The position numbers and the translations under genes were made by a program. From an uncultured Bacilli bacterium (lineage in GTDB: Bacteria; Bacillota_I; Bacilli_A; RF39; UBA660), in contig CATKZK010000001.1 in NCBI GenBank assembly GCA_949841325.1, positions 4,733-68,732 on the forward strand: DNA of 64,000 nt, in the 5' to 3' direction. Shown here piece by piece: positions 1 to 10,251 of the stretch (position 1 is its first letter; each line of letters begins with the position of its first letter). The notes below the pieces were generated by a model that was not told where the DNA came from, searched no databases, and saw only the letters and a program-made list of their open reading frames with translations.

Positions 1-13
1 TATTATTTTCTTT

Positions 14-349
14 TTGAATACGGTTATTACAGAAACTACATTTAATATAGAATATATTTTTTCAGAAATCGCAGGGAGCATTTTAGCCATTGTTTTTGTT
101 CTTGCAATATGGTTTCCTTGTATCTATAAGTTTGGAGTAGAAAAAGGACGTATTATATTATTTGTAGGAGTATTTAGTGTTGCCTTACTAGGATCATTAG
201 CATCAGAAATTTTTCAATTTTCTTCACTTCTAAATGTCTTAGCTCCTCTAGAAAATAGTTGGTATGCCATCACTTTTATTCTTTCCATCATTGTTTTAAT
301 CTCTTCCTATTTCATTTCAAAGAGAATTTATCTCAAGAAAGAGTATTAA
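14..349 (+). CDS. small hydrophobic membrane protein (unknown function)
   Basis: 111-aa ORF with 3 predicted TM stretches; no recognisable motif. Confidence 0.35.
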   Translation: MNTVITETTFNIEYIFSEIAGSILAIVFVLAIWFPCIYKFGVEKGRIILFVGVFSVALLGSLASEIFQFSSLLNVLAPLENSWYAITFILSIIVLISSYFISKRIYLKKEY

Positions 350-436
350 AATTGTCCAATAATTCCTCTTCTTTTTTAGGAAAATAAAAATCCCTTTTAA
401 AATTTGCAAATTGTGGTAAAATAGAATGGAATTTGG

Positions 437-3256
437 GTGATGATTATGGATAAAATTATCGTAAAAGGTGCAAGAGAAAATAATTTAAAAAATATTAATA
501 TTGAGATTCCTAAAAATCAGCTTGTTGTTATAACAGGTGTATCAGGATCAGGGAAAAGTAGTTTAGCTTTTGATACCATCTATGCAGAGGGACAACGAAG
601 ATATGTGGAGAGTCTATCGGCTTATGCGAGACAATTCTTAGGAGGTTCTGAGAAACCAGATGTCGATTCAATTGAAGGGTTAAGTCCCAGTATTTCAATT
701 GATCAAAAGACGACAAATAATAATCCACGTAGTACCGTAGGAACGGTAACAGAAATCTATGATTATCTGCGACTCTTGTTTGCTCGTATTGGAACACCTT
801 ATTGTCCTAATCATCATATTCCTATTAATAGTCAAAGTATTGAAGAAATGACAAATCGTATTATGGAATATGATGAGGGAACGAAACTAGAGGTTTTATC
901 ACCTGTTGTTCATGGAGAAAAAGGAACACATAAGGATTTATTTGATCAATTGCGAAAAGACGGTTTTACGCGTGTAAGAGTAAACGGTACAGTGCAAGAT
1001 TTAAACGGAGAAATTATACTAGAAAAGAATAAAAAAGACAACATTGAAGTTGTTGTAGACCGTATTGTTTTATCTGATACAGAGAGGAGTCGTCTTTTTG
1101 AAGCGATAGAAACAGCAACAAAAATGGCAGATGGAAAAGTATTGATCAATATTATTGGTGAAAAAGAAATTCTCATGAGTGAAAAATATGCTTGTCCAGA
1201 TTGTGATTTTTCTCTTCCTGAATTAGAACCAAGAATATTTTCGTTTAATGCCCCTTATGGAGCTTGTACAATGTGTAAGGGACTTGGAATTACAAAACAT
1301 ATATCCCTAGATTTATTGATTCCTGATAAATCTTTATCAATTTTAGATGGTGCTATTAAGACTATGACTATTGATGATAATATAGAAACCAAACGTTTAT
1401 TTACGATTGCAAAGTCTTTAAAAATTGATTTAACAAAACCCATTAAAGATTTGAAAAAAGACCAACTAGATATTATTCTTTTTGGAACCAATCAAGAATT
1501 TAATTTTGAATATACTTCTAAAAATGGAAATAAACGATATACGACAGAAAGCTATGAAGGAGTTGTAGTCAATCTAGAGAGAAGATATATTGAAACCAAT
1601 AGTGCTTGGATACGTGATTGGATTGATGGTTATATGGAAGAAACTACGTGTCCGATTTGTAAAGGCTCAAGACTACAAGAAGCAGTTTTAACTGTAATGG
1701 TTGGAAAAAAGAATATCTACGAAGTGACGAATTTGTCCATCAAAGAGTTAATTTTATTTTTTGAACAATTAAAACTAAATAAAACACAGATGGAGATAAG
1801 CAATTTAATTGTTAAAGAGATTAAATCGCGCTTAAACTTTTTAGATAATGTGGGACTCAATTATTTAACTCTTTCACGTCCAGCATCAACTTTATCAGGA
1901 GGAGAAGCTCAGCGTATTCGTTTAGCTACCCAAATTGGTTCTCAGTTAAGTGGCGTTTTATATGTACTTGATGAACCAAGTATTGGACTTCATCAAAAAG
2001 ACAATGACCGTTTAATTGCCAGCTTGAAGAATATGCGTGATTTAGGAAATACACTTATTGTTGTAGAACATGATGAAGATACCATGAGAGAAGCAGATTA
2101 TTTAGTAGATATTGGTCCTGTTGCAGGAGCAGCTGGAGGATATGTTGTTGCTGCAGGAACACCAAAAGAAGTGATGAAAAATGAACAGTCAATAACAGGA
2201 AGATATTTAGCAGGAAAAGAATGTATTGAAGTTCCTAAAAAGCGTCGTAAAGGAAATGGTAATTTTATCAAAATTAAAGGTGCTAAAGAGAATAATTTAA
2301 AAAATATCAATGTTAAATTTCCTTTGGGAACATTTACCTGTGTTACGGGTGTATCAGGTTCGGGAAAATCCTCTTTAGTAAATGAAATTTTATGTAAAGC
2401 CTTACAGAAAAGTGTCTATCATTCAAAAGTGACAATTGGAAAACATAAGAGTATAGAAGGATTAGAATTAGTCGATAAAGTGATTCAAATTACGCAAGAC
2501 CCAATTGGAAGAACACCTAGAAGTAATCCAGCAACATATACAGGAGTATTTGATGACATTCGTTCTGTTTTTGCCGAGATGAAAGAATCTAAAATTCGCG
2601 GATATGATAAGGGAAGATTTTCTTTTAACGTCAAAGGCGGAAGATGCGAAGCTTGTTGGGGAGATGGAGTTAAAAAAATAGAGATGCATTTTTTACCAGA
2701 TGTCTATGTGCCTTGTGATGTTTGTCACGGAACACGTTTTAACTCGGAGACGCTAGATATTAAATTTAAAGGAAAAAATATTGCGGAAGTTTTAGATATG
2801 CGAGTAGAGGAAGCGATTGATTTCTTTGCCAGTGTACCTAAAGTAAAAAACAAATTGCAAATCTTAATGGATGTTGGTCTTTCTTATGCTAAATTAGGAC
2901 AATCTGCTCCTACTCTTTCTGGAGGAGAAGCAGGTCGTGTAAAACTTGCTAAAGAATTACAAAAAAAACCTACAGGGAAATCAGTCTTTATCTTAGATGA
3001 ACCGACAACAGGTCTTCATGCTGAAGATATCAAAAAATTATTACATATTCTTAAGAGAATTGTTGACAATGGAGATACTGTAGTTGTCATTGAACATAAT
3101 TTAGATGTGATAAAAGTGGCTGATTATATTATCGATTTAGGGCCAGATGGTGGAGATGGAGGAGGAACGATTGTTGCAACAGGGACTCCAGAAGCTATTG
3201 TTAAAACAAAAGAGTCTTATACGGGAGAATTCTTAAAACGTGTTTTAAATAAATAA
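437..3256 (+). CDS. uvrA: excinuclease ABC subunit A (UvrA)
   Basis: two ABC ATPase modules (GVSGSGKSSL twice; LSGGEAQRIRLA / LSGGEAGRVKLA), Zn-finger cysteines and a typical UvrA N-terminus; true start probably the ATG at 446. Confidence 0.95.
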   Translation: MMIMDKIIVKGARENNLKNINIEIPKNQLVVITGVSGSGKSSLAFDTIYAEGQRRYVESLSAYARQFLGGSEKPDVDSIEGLSPSISIDQKTTNNNPRSTVGTVTEIYDYLRLLFARIGTPYCPNHHIPINSQSIEEMTNRIMEYDEGTKLEVLSPVVHGEKGTHKDLFDQLRKDGFTRVRVNGTVQDLNGEIILEKNKKDNIEVVVDRIVLSDTERSRLFEAIETATKMADGKVLINIIGEKEILMSEKYACPDCDFSLPELEPRIFSFNAPYGACTMCKGLGITKHISLDLLIPDKSLSILDGAIKTMTIDDNIETKRLFTIAKSLKIDLTKPIKDLKKDQLDIILFGTNQEFNFEYTSKNGNKRYTTESYEGVVVNLERRYIETNSAWIRDWIDGYMEETTCPICKGSRLQEAVLTVMVGKKNIYEVTNLSIKELILFFEQLKLNKTQMEISNLIVKEIKSRLNFLDNVGLNYLTLSRPASTLSGGEAQRIRLATQIGSQLSGVLYVLDEPSIGLHQKDNDRLIASLKNMRDLGNTLIVVEHDEDTMREADYLVDIGPVAGAAGGYVVAAGTPKEVMKNEQSITGRYLAGKECIEVPKKRRKGNGNFIKIKGAKENNLKNINVKFPLGTFTCVTGVSGSGKSSLVNEILCKALQKSVYHSKVTIGKHKSIEGLELVDKVIQITQDPIGRTPRSNPATYTGVFDDIRSVFAEMKESKIRGYDKGRFSFNVKGGRCEACWGDGVKKIEMHFLPDVYVPCDVCHGTRFNSETLDIKFKGKNIAEVLDMRVEEAIDFFASVPKVKNKLQILMDVGLSYAKLGQSAPTLSGGEAGRVKLAKELQKKPTGKSVFILDEPTTGLHAEDIKKLLHILKRIVDNGDTVVVIEHNLDVIKVADYIIDLGPDGGDGGGTIVATGTPEAIVKTKESYTGEFLKRVLNK

Positions 3257-3315
3257 GTATAGCGGTTGTCTATGCTTTTTATTTTTGTTATACTTATTGT
3301 AATGGAGGGTAAGGT

Positions 3316-4029
3316 ATGGAACAACCAAGACAGAACAGTTTATTTTATTTTCAAATGGAGGATAAGATTGCCAAATTATTCATACATATAAATATCGCTG
3401 GATTAGAAGAAATTATCGAGCAAATGGTACTAAATTGTAGTAGGATAATACGCGTAGAAAATGCTTTAGAGACTACGTATTGTTTCAGAAATTATGATAA
3501 GGATTCTCATTATAGAGATGTAAGTGAACATGTTTTAACACGACCTTATTATGATAAGGACGATGTAGATATTTATTGTCCAGGAAAACGAATTGTTTCC
3601 TATACACATTATGAATATCCTTATTTTATAGATCATTTAATGGACATTGTAAATAGAGTAAAAAGAGGTGAAAGCGTAAAGCTTAATCTCAAATTCCCCG
3701 AAGAAAGCAAAGAAGATTATTTAGAAAAAATAAGAAAAGGTACAATGAAAATAAGAGAGGAAACAGCAAATGTGATTGAGTTTCCTAAAAAGGACTTATG
3801 TGAATATTATGATCAAATTCTAAATTGTATATCCGTTTTCGGAGTTGAAATAATGCCCATAGAAATCGTTCGAGATTTCATGCAATACTTTGAGTTTATT
3901 CGACAAGAAAATTTGGAGTTTCCTCAAAACGTTTTGCAAATGGAAAGTATGGATCCTCTATTAAGAGAACATTTCATTCGTCAAATGAAAGCGCTTGAAG
4001 GTAAATCAAAGAAATATGATATTTATTAA
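3316..4029 (+). CDS. hypothetical protein
   Basis: 237-aa ORF, no recognised motif. Confidence 0.45.
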   Translation: MEQPRQNSLFYFQMEDKIAKLFIHINIAGLEEIIEQMVLNCSRIIRVENALETTYCFRNYDKDSHYRDVSEHVLTRPYYDKDDVDIYCPGKRIVSYTHYEYPYFIDHLMDIVNRVKRGESVKLNLKFPEESKEDYLEKIRKGTMKIREETANVIEFPKKDLCEYYDQILNCISVFGVEIMPIEIVRDFMQYFEFIRQENLEFPQNVLQMESMDPLLREHFIRQMKALEGKSKKYDIY

Positions 4030-4049
4030 AAGATTGAAAGATTGTTTAG

Positions 4050-4085
4050 TAGTATCGGCTTTATATGGTTGATACTATTTTTATT
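4050..4085 (+). terminator. candidate rho-independent terminator
   Basis: TAGTATC-N14-GATACTA stem followed by TTTTTA. Confidence 0.4.
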
Positions 4086-4175
4086 AGATGAAAGATACTT
4101 TTAGTAGAAAAATATCCTGTGATAATTGAAATTCGATGGGGAATACTTTATAATGTATGCTAGGAGAGTGATATA

Positions 4176-4991
4176 ATGAATCCCGTATTATTTACGTATG
4201 GAAACTTTGAAATTCGATGGTATTCTGTATTAATACTAATAGCTGTTTTTTTATCTTATTTCTTTATAAAGAAAGAGGCAGGACGTTTTGGCGTAAAAAA
4301 AGATTTTACTTTTAATCTTATGTTTTGGACCTTAATCTTTGGTATTATAGGGGCACGACTTTATTATGTTTTATTTAATTGGAGTGAATATGCAATCAAT
4401 CCAATTAGTATTTTAAAAATATGGGAAGGAGGACTTGCCATTCATGGTGGTTTGATTGCAGGTTTAATTACTGTACTTTTATACACCAAAAAATATCATA
4501 TGCGTACCATTAGAATTCTTGATTTTATTGTAGTACCTTTGTTATTAGCTCAAGCGATTGGAAGATGGGGGAATTTCTTTAATGGGGAAGCTCATGGAGC
4601 AGCAACGACAGTAGAAGCTTTAAAGAGTCTTTTTGTTCCTGATTTTGTTATTAAAGGAATGGTTATTGACAATATTGTCTATATGCCAACTTTCTATTTT
4701 GAATCTCTTGTTTGTTTTGGAGCTTTTATAATTCTTTTAATTATTAGAAGACTTAAATATTTAAAAGTCGGAACTTTAACGGCAGCTTATCTTCTGATTT
4801 ATGGCGTTTTAAGATTCTTTATCGAGTTTAGTAGAACAGATGCACTACTATTAGGAGGATTTAAGATAGCCCAGATTGTATCGGTTATCATGGCATTAGT
4901 CGGACTTTCTATCCTTATGTTTAATAGTCGTAAAGGAAGATTTGAAGATTTATATAATGACAATGCAAATGTAAGCGATATAAAATTTTAA
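4176..4991 (+). CDS. lgt: prolipoprotein diacylglyceryl transferase
   Basis: multi-TM protein with the conserved Lgt signature GRWGNFFNGEAHG and HGGLIAG. Confidence 0.85.
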   Translation: MNPVLFTYGNFEIRWYSVLILIAVFLSYFFIKKEAGRFGVKKDFTFNLMFWTLIFGIIGARLYYVLFNWSEYAINPISILKIWEGGLAIHGGLIAGLITVLLYTKKYHMRTIRILDFIVVPLLLAQAIGRWGNFFNGEAHGAATTVEALKSLFVPDFVIKGMVIDNIVYMPTFYFESLVCFGAFIILLIIRRLKYLKVGTLTAAYLLIYGVLRFFIEFSRTDALLLGGFKIAQIVSVIMALVGLSILMFNSRKGRFEDLYNDNANVSDIKF

Positions 4992-5059
4992 ATAAAACGA
5001 TTAAATTTCATTGAATAACATTTTGTTATTTGATAAGATAATGATAAGGAGATAAGAAT

Positions 5060-5311
5060 ATGACAGTACAAGAAAAAATTAATTTATTAACAGCAAACTT
5101 ATCCGCTTCAGAGATAGACTTGCCACAAGAAGAATACGAAGAGATGAAGCGCATAACAGAGATCGCTTCAGAATATTTTATCGACGGAGTTATTTCATCT
5201 ATTGATCCAGAAATGTTATTGGAGACTTATGAGAAGTATGATTCTATTTTAGATGAAAAGTTAGCACTATTAAAGAAAAGAGAAGAAAACCAAATACATC
5301 AAATGATATGA
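5060..5311 (+). CDS. small acidic hypothetical protein
   Basis: 83-aa ORF preceded by an AAGGAG RBS. Confidence 0.4.
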   Translation: MTVQEKINLLTANLSASEIDLPQEEYEEMKRITEIASEYFIDGVISSIDPEMLLETYEKYDSILDEKLALLKKREENQIHQMI

Positions 5312-5416
5312 TGTGTTTTTTTTTGAGAAAATCTGTAAATGTTACTTCTTTTAAGACAAACGTTGATACTTTTTCTGTTAATATTCATAGATTATACTAG
5401 AAAGGAAAGTGAAAAA

Positions 5417-6340
5417 ATGAATAATTGTCAATGTGGAAGATGTAATTCATGTTGCAATCCAAAACAAGGGCCGACAGGACCAACAGGAGCAAGAGGTGCT
5501 ACGGGTGCAACAGGCGCTACAGGATCAATCGGAGCAACAGGACCACAAGGAATTCAAGGACTTCAAGGAGTTCCAGGAGTAATGGGTGCAACAGGGCCAC
5601 AAGGAATTCAAGGTATTCAAGGGCCAACAGGACCAGTTGGACCAATTGGAGCAACAGGAGAAATCGGAGCAACAGGAGCAACGGGTGCAACAGGCGCAAC
5701 GGGAGCCACAGGAGAAGCAGGACCACAAGGAGTCCAAGGGCCAACAGGAGCCACTGGAGCAACAGGAGCAACAGGAGCCACTGGATTACAAGGAATCCAA
5801 GGTATTCAAGGACCAACAGGACCACAAGGTGAAGCTGGAGAAATAGGACCAGCTGGACCAACGGGAGCAACAGGAGCAACAGGAGCTACTGGAGCAACAG
5901 GAGCTACTGGAGCAACAGGAAGTGCACCAAATTTAACCATTGGAACAGTAACAACAGGAGTAAATGCTGCAGCTACTATCACAGGAACATCACCTAATTT
6001 TGTTCTAAATCTAGTATTACCTCAAGGGCCAACAGGACCAACAGGAGCAACAGGATCAACAGGAGCCACGGGTGCAACAGGAGCAACAGGTGCAAGTGAT
6101 ACAATCACAGTAAGAAATACAACAACTGGAGCTGCAGGAACCAATGCAACTGTAACCGATACTACAGGAAGTCCTAACCATATTTTAGACTTTGTCATTC
6201 CTCGTGGATATGATGGAGTAGATGGAGAAATTGGACCACAAGGAATCCAAGGTATTATTGGACCAACAGGACCAGTAGGTGCAACAGGAGCAACAGGTGC
6301 ATCTGGAAGATGTCGTTGCTGTAACAATGAAAATGAATAA
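5417..6340 (+). CDS. collagen-like triple-helix repeat protein with Cys-rich N- and C-terminal caps and two Thr-rich non-collagen insertions
   Basis: long runs of [12 protein letters not shown] (Gly-X-Thr/Gln) triplets; N-terminus [17 protein letters not shown]; C-terminus [11 protein letters not shown]; start chosen at the ATG at 5417, which has an AAAGGAAAG RBS. Confidence 0.85.
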   Translation: MNNCQCGRCNSCCNPKQGPTGPTGARGATGATGATGSIGATGPQGIQGLQGVPGVMGATGPQGIQGIQGPTGPVGPIGATGEIGATGATGATGATGATGEAGPQGVQGPTGATGATGATGATGLQGIQGIQGPTGPQGEAGEIGPAGPTGATGATGATGATGATGATGSAPNLTIGTVTTGVNAAATITGTSPNFVLNLVLPQGPTGPTGATGSTGATGATGATGASDTITVRNTTTGAAGTNATVTDTTGSPNHILDFVIPRGYDGVDGEIGPQGIQGIIGPTGPVGATGATGASGRCRCCNNENE

Positions 6341-7406
6341 ACTAAAAGTAGTAGTTTATGCTATTTCTAAAAATGAAAGTGCTTTTGTAGAACGATGGGT
6401 TCAATCGATGTCTGAAGCTGATGAAATTTATGTATTAGATACAGGATCAACCGATGATACTGTATCTAAATTAAAAGCATTAGGTGTTCACGTTTTCGTG
6501 AAAGAAATCAAACCTTGGAGATTTGATGTCGCTCGTAATGCTAGTTTAGATTTAGTTCCTATGGATACAGATGTCTGTATCTGTACAGACTTAGATGAAA
6601 TCTTAGAAAGTGGATGGCGTGAAAAGATAGAAAAGTGTTGGAATCAATCTAATCGATTGCGTTATAAATACAATTGGTCGATAGATGACCAGGGAAAGCC
6701 AGTCGTCACTTTTCTATATGAAAAAATTCATGACCGTAAACATTATAGATGGATCTATCCCGTTCATGAAGTACTGGAGTGCTCTTTAGAGAATGAAAAA
6801 GTAGAAGTAAATGAAGAAATTGTTCTAAACCATTATCCAGACAAAACAAAATCACGTGCATCATATTTACCATTACTCGAATTATCTGTTAAAGAAAATC
6901 CAAACAATGACCGAAATCTTCATTACCTTGGTCGGGAATATATGTACTATCAAGAATGGAATAAATCAATTGATACATTACTAAAACATCTAAAACTCGA
7001 AACGTCCACTTGGAAAGAAGAACGTTCTGCCTCTATGCGCTTTATTTCAAGATGCTATTTAAACTTAGGTCGTTCTGATGAAGCTAAATATTGGCTAAAT
7101 AAAGCGATAGAAGAAAGTCCACATCAAAGAGAAGGATACGTAGAATTAGCACTACTAGAATTTTCTAATCACAATTATTTTGAAGTGATTATCAATTGTC
7201 TTAAGGCAAAGCAAATTCTAAAAAACGAAATGATTTATATTAACGAACCATTTTGTTGGAATGAAACTATTGATGATTTATTGTCTATTAGCTACTATTA
7301 TTTAGGGCTACGTGATTTAGCTATTTATCATGTCAATAAAGCTTTAGAGTATAATCCTCAAGATAAACGTTTGCAAAAAAATAAAGAGATTTTTGAATTA
7401 ATTTAA
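6327..7406 (+). CDS. family-2 glycosyltransferase with C-terminal TPR repeats
   Basis: GT2 N-terminal fold ([10 protein letters not shown]...[11 protein letters not shown]), TPR-like helical C-terminus; the start overlaps the collagen gene's stop. Confidence 0.75.
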   Translation: MKMNKLKVVVYAISKNESAFVERWVQSMSEADEIYVLDTGSTDDTVSKLKALGVHVFVKEIKPWRFDVARNASLDLVPMDTDVCICTDLDEILESGWREKIEKCWNQSNRLRYKYNWSIDDQGKPVVTFLYEKIHDRKHYRWIYPVHEVLECSLENEKVEVNEEIVLNHYPDKTKSRASYLPLLELSVKENPNNDRNLHYLGREYMYYQEWNKSIDTLLKHLKLETSTWKEERSASMRFISRCYLNLGRSDEAKYWLNKAIEESPHQREGYVELALLEFSNHNYFEVIINCLKAKQILKNEMIYINEPFCWNETIDDLLSISYYYLGLRDLAIYHVNKALEYNPQDKRLQKNKEIFELI

Positions 7407-8764
7407 TTCAATATCTCTTTTTTTAATTGTTTTTCTATCTTGCTTGAATATAGTGCATGTAGCAAATGATAAATAACATGTAGTTGAGGCCAGGTGTAAT
7501 ATTCTCTTTCTTCTATTGAAGAATTAAGTGATAAGTTTTCATTCAGCCTATGTTTAAAGTATTCTCTTATTTTGGTCTTTTCATTCGGGGTCAGCTCGCT
7601 TAAAAAATCATGATGTATATTGATAAACTTTTTATAGTGTTCCCCATTTAATTTTACAAAAAAATCATTTAACTTTTCCATTTCAAAATCTTGTTCAGCA
7701 TCAATCGAGAAAAGCTGTGCACCATATTCATTTAATACGGTATTTTTAAAAAGAAGAAATTCTTCTTGCTCCAATGTTTGCTCTATATGTTTGATTATTC
7801 TTGGTAAAATATCTTTTTCTTCTTCACAAATAGAAGTATCTGTTGTTAAGAGATAGTGCTTTAAAATTTCCAATTCAATTGGATCTTTGTATTGATTTTT
7901 TAAATAAAGATAAAGGATTAATTGTATTGGCTGAGTGGGTTTTAGAAGATCCCAAGAAATAGTTTTAGGAACCTCGCATTTTTTTCCCAAAAAGTCTGAT
8001 GCTACAAGATTCCTTACATGTATTATTGTATCTGACTCTATATTTGAAATATATGTATGACTTATGTGAAATTCATTGGCAATCTCTCTCATTGTCTTTT
8101 GCTCTATAATTCTTGAAAAAAGGATATAATATTCAAATGGCAAAAGCGTTTTCTTTAAAGTATAAAGAAGAGGAAGAATAGTTTCAGAATCAATGACTTT
8201 TTCCGTAAAATCTTCATTATCAGGAATTCTCTTTGTTTTTTTGTTTTTCTTTGCAAATTCATAAGATAATACTTGAAGATGATTATAGTAACACAAATGA
8301 TTGAACACAGAATCCTTCACTTTGAGTTCTTTTTTTAGTTCTTCGTCTGTTAATAGAGACTCTGTCTTCTTTCTCTTTATTCCCTCAAAAGAGAGTAATT
8401 TATCAAAGATGTTAACGGGAAAAGAAAAATCATAATCAAGGATTTCTAATTCTTTTCTAATTTTTCTATGAATCAACAAAGCTGCGAGTGTCGAAAATGC
8501 GCCTTTTTCTGGATCAAAATGCATAATAGCTTTCATCAAACCTTCAATACCTGCAAAAGTAATATCCATTTTATCTTGACTATTTCGATTCTTGAAATAA
8601 GGAGATGCACAATGTTCAACAAGATGAAGATTGTGTTTAATCAGCTTTTTATAAGCTTCTTTATCTCCGTTTTGTGCTTTTTCAAATAAAAGAGCTGATT
8701 CTTTTGGTTTTAAAGGAGGAAACCTTTTTATTTCTCTTAAATAGTTTGCATAGATATCTTTCAT
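7403..8764 (-). CDS. sigma-70 family RNA polymerase sigma factor with a ~190-aa C-terminal extension (paralog B)
   Basis: region 2 (HNLHLVEHCA...; DITFAGIEGLMKAIMHFDPEKGAFSTLA) and region 4 HTH (TMREIANEFHISHTYISNIE); 453 aa. Confidence 0.7.
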   Translation of the reverse strand: MKDIYANYLREIKRFPPLKPKESALLFEKAQNGDKEAYKKLIKHNLHLVEHCASPYFKNRNSQDKMDITFAGIEGLMKAIMHFDPEKGAFSTLAALLIHRKIRKELEILDYDFSFPVNIFDKLLSFEGIKRKKTESLLTDEELKKELKVKDSVFNHLCYYNHLQVLSYEFAKKNKKTKRIPDNEDFTEKVIDSETILPLLYTLKKTLLPFEYYILFSRIIEQKTMREIANEFHISHTYISNIESDTIIHVRNLVASDFLGKKCEVPKTISWDLLKPTQPIQLILYLYLKNQYKDPIELEILKHYLLTTDTSICEEEKDILPRIIKHIEQTLEQEEFLLFKNTVLNEYGAQLFSIDAEQDFEMEKLNDFFVKLNGEHYKKFINIHHDFLSELTPNEKTKIREYFKHRLNENLSLNSSIEEREYYTWPQLHVIYHLLHALYSSKIEKQLKKEILN

Positions 8765-10149
8765 TTTAATTTCTTCTCTTTCTTATTTTTTTGAATAGGC
8801 TTTAAATCAAGAAGTAGAATATTACATGCTTGATTTAATTTTTTCCATTTTATACCATTTCTTTCTTCTAAAGTTGAATGCAAGGTAAGAGGTAAAAAAG
8901 CTTCGGCAAGGACCACTTTAAGAATTCTTTTTTGATCATCACGAACTTTATATTTTTCTGTTAATGTCGTTATATTTAGTGGAGCATATTGTTCTAGCAA
9001 CTGATTCATCAAATCAATATCAAAGTCATAATCTACGTTAATACCTATAATTTCTGTTTTATATTCATCAATTAATTGATTGTGGAATGCTTGATAAAGA
9101 GGATCCTTAGAAAGTGTAGAACAAAGCTCTTTAAAATAAGCAAGCTTGCTTTGGTATAAAGAAAAAGGAAGATTAAAGTAATTCGCATATTCTTTTGGAC
9201 TACAATCATAAGTAGGAATCAAATATTCTCTTAACATTTTTACATCATCCCCATTTAAATTGAGATTTTTTAAATAAAGGTAAAGTGTAATATTTCTAGG
9301 ATTTGGTGGTACAACAGAAAGAGAGGGTGAACAGTCTTTTATTCCATTGTTTTTAATATACTCTTGTATTCTTTTTCTCGTGCGATTTGCTTTTTGCTCT
9401 ATTGCCTGTCTTTCAATACCATTAAATTCTTGCGCAATTACCTCATATCGCTTTTCTAATAAGAAGTGATGGTAAAAGCAATAATAGTAGTGTGGCTCTA
9501 CAATCTTTTTAATCGTATGTAAAATATTTCTAACGTGATAAGAAGAGATGATATCATGACAAATATCTGTATCATTGGCAATGATATTTTCAAGAGAATC
9601 ATCATTTCCTTCTAATACTTCATCGAAACTTAGACCACGAGAAAGACGATCTCCTTTAAAAGTATCAAGTATTTCTTTTGAAACACATATTTCTTTCATC
9701 ATTTCTTGATCATTTAATTCAGGCAAACGTAGATTTTCGCGATTCTCTTTAATCCCATTATATACGTTAAACTTTTTCCATTTATCTATAGGCATATAAA
9801 GTGTCGTGTGGATAAGTTTTAATTGTTCTTCTAATTCTTGTTTTATTGATGGATAGGCATAAGTTGTAAATGCGCCTTTTTCAGGATTATAACTGTTGAT
9901 TGCATTTGTAAGTCCTAAGTTAGCTGCATTCACTAGATCCATTCGTTGATGTCTTTGTACTTTTGAAAAAACATCAACGGCCATTTTCCATGCAAGTCGT
10001 AAATTATGATAAAGAAGTTTATCCTTTGCTTCTTCTGCTTCTTCTTTATCTCCTGCTATCATCTTGCAAGCCAACTCATATTGTTGACTTGGTTCTAACA
10101 ATGGTATACTTTTAACTAGCTTTTTATATTCTTCATAAATATCGGTCAT
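8761..10149 (-). CDS. sigma-70 family RNA polymerase sigma factor with a ~190-aa C-terminal extension (paralog A)
   Basis: region 2 (LLYHNLRLAWKMA...; MDLVNAANLGLTNAINSYNPEKGAFTTYA) and region 4 (VIAQEFNGIERQAIEQKANRTRKRI); shares the LYLYLKN motif with paralog B; 4-nt overlap with the downstream paralog. Confidence 0.7.
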   Translation of the reverse strand: MTDIYEEYKKLVKSIPLLEPSQQYELACKMIAGDKEEAEEAKDKLLYHNLRLAWKMAVDVFSKVQRHQRMDLVNAANLGLTNAINSYNPEKGAFTTYAYPSIKQELEEQLKLIHTTLYMPIDKWKKFNVYNGIKENRENLRLPELNDQEMMKEICVSKEILDTFKGDRLSRGLSFDEVLEGNDDSLENIIANDTDICHDIISSYHVRNILHTIKKIVEPHYYYCFYHHFLLEKRYEVIAQEFNGIERQAIEQKANRTRKRIQEYIKNNGIKDCSPSLSVVPPNPRNITLYLYLKNLNLNGDDVKMLREYLIPTYDCSPKEYANYFNLPFSLYQSKLAYFKELCSTLSKDPLYQAFHNQLIDEYKTEIIGINVDYDFDIDLMNQLLEQYAPLNITTLTEKYKVRDDQKRILKVVLAEAFLPLTLHSTLEERNGIKWKKLNQACNILLLDLKPIQKNKKEKKLK

Positions 10150-10251
10150 AAAAACACCCCTTTGCGTTACATATTATACAGATTTTAGAAAAAATTGCAA
10201 ATAAGCACTCTTTTTTTGTTATACTTAAATAGAGAAAAGGATGTGTTAAAG

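Noticed and set aside
528-2689. Minus-strand ORFs of 70-89 aa inside uvrA (528-797, 946-1176, 1255-1491, 2098-2310, 2468-2689)
   Set aside because: They are antisense to a highly conserved gene, have no RBS and give low-complexity translations.
5449-6327. ORFs in the supplied track at 5449-5832 (+), 5586-5846 (+), 5517-5879 (-), 5525-5737 (-) and 6022-6327 (-) inside the collagen gene
   Set aside because: They are alternative-frame or antisense readings of the GGN/ACN-rich repeat and give low-complexity R/S-, Q/E-, L- or P-rich translations. The Gly-X-Y frame has the RBS and the Cys caps.
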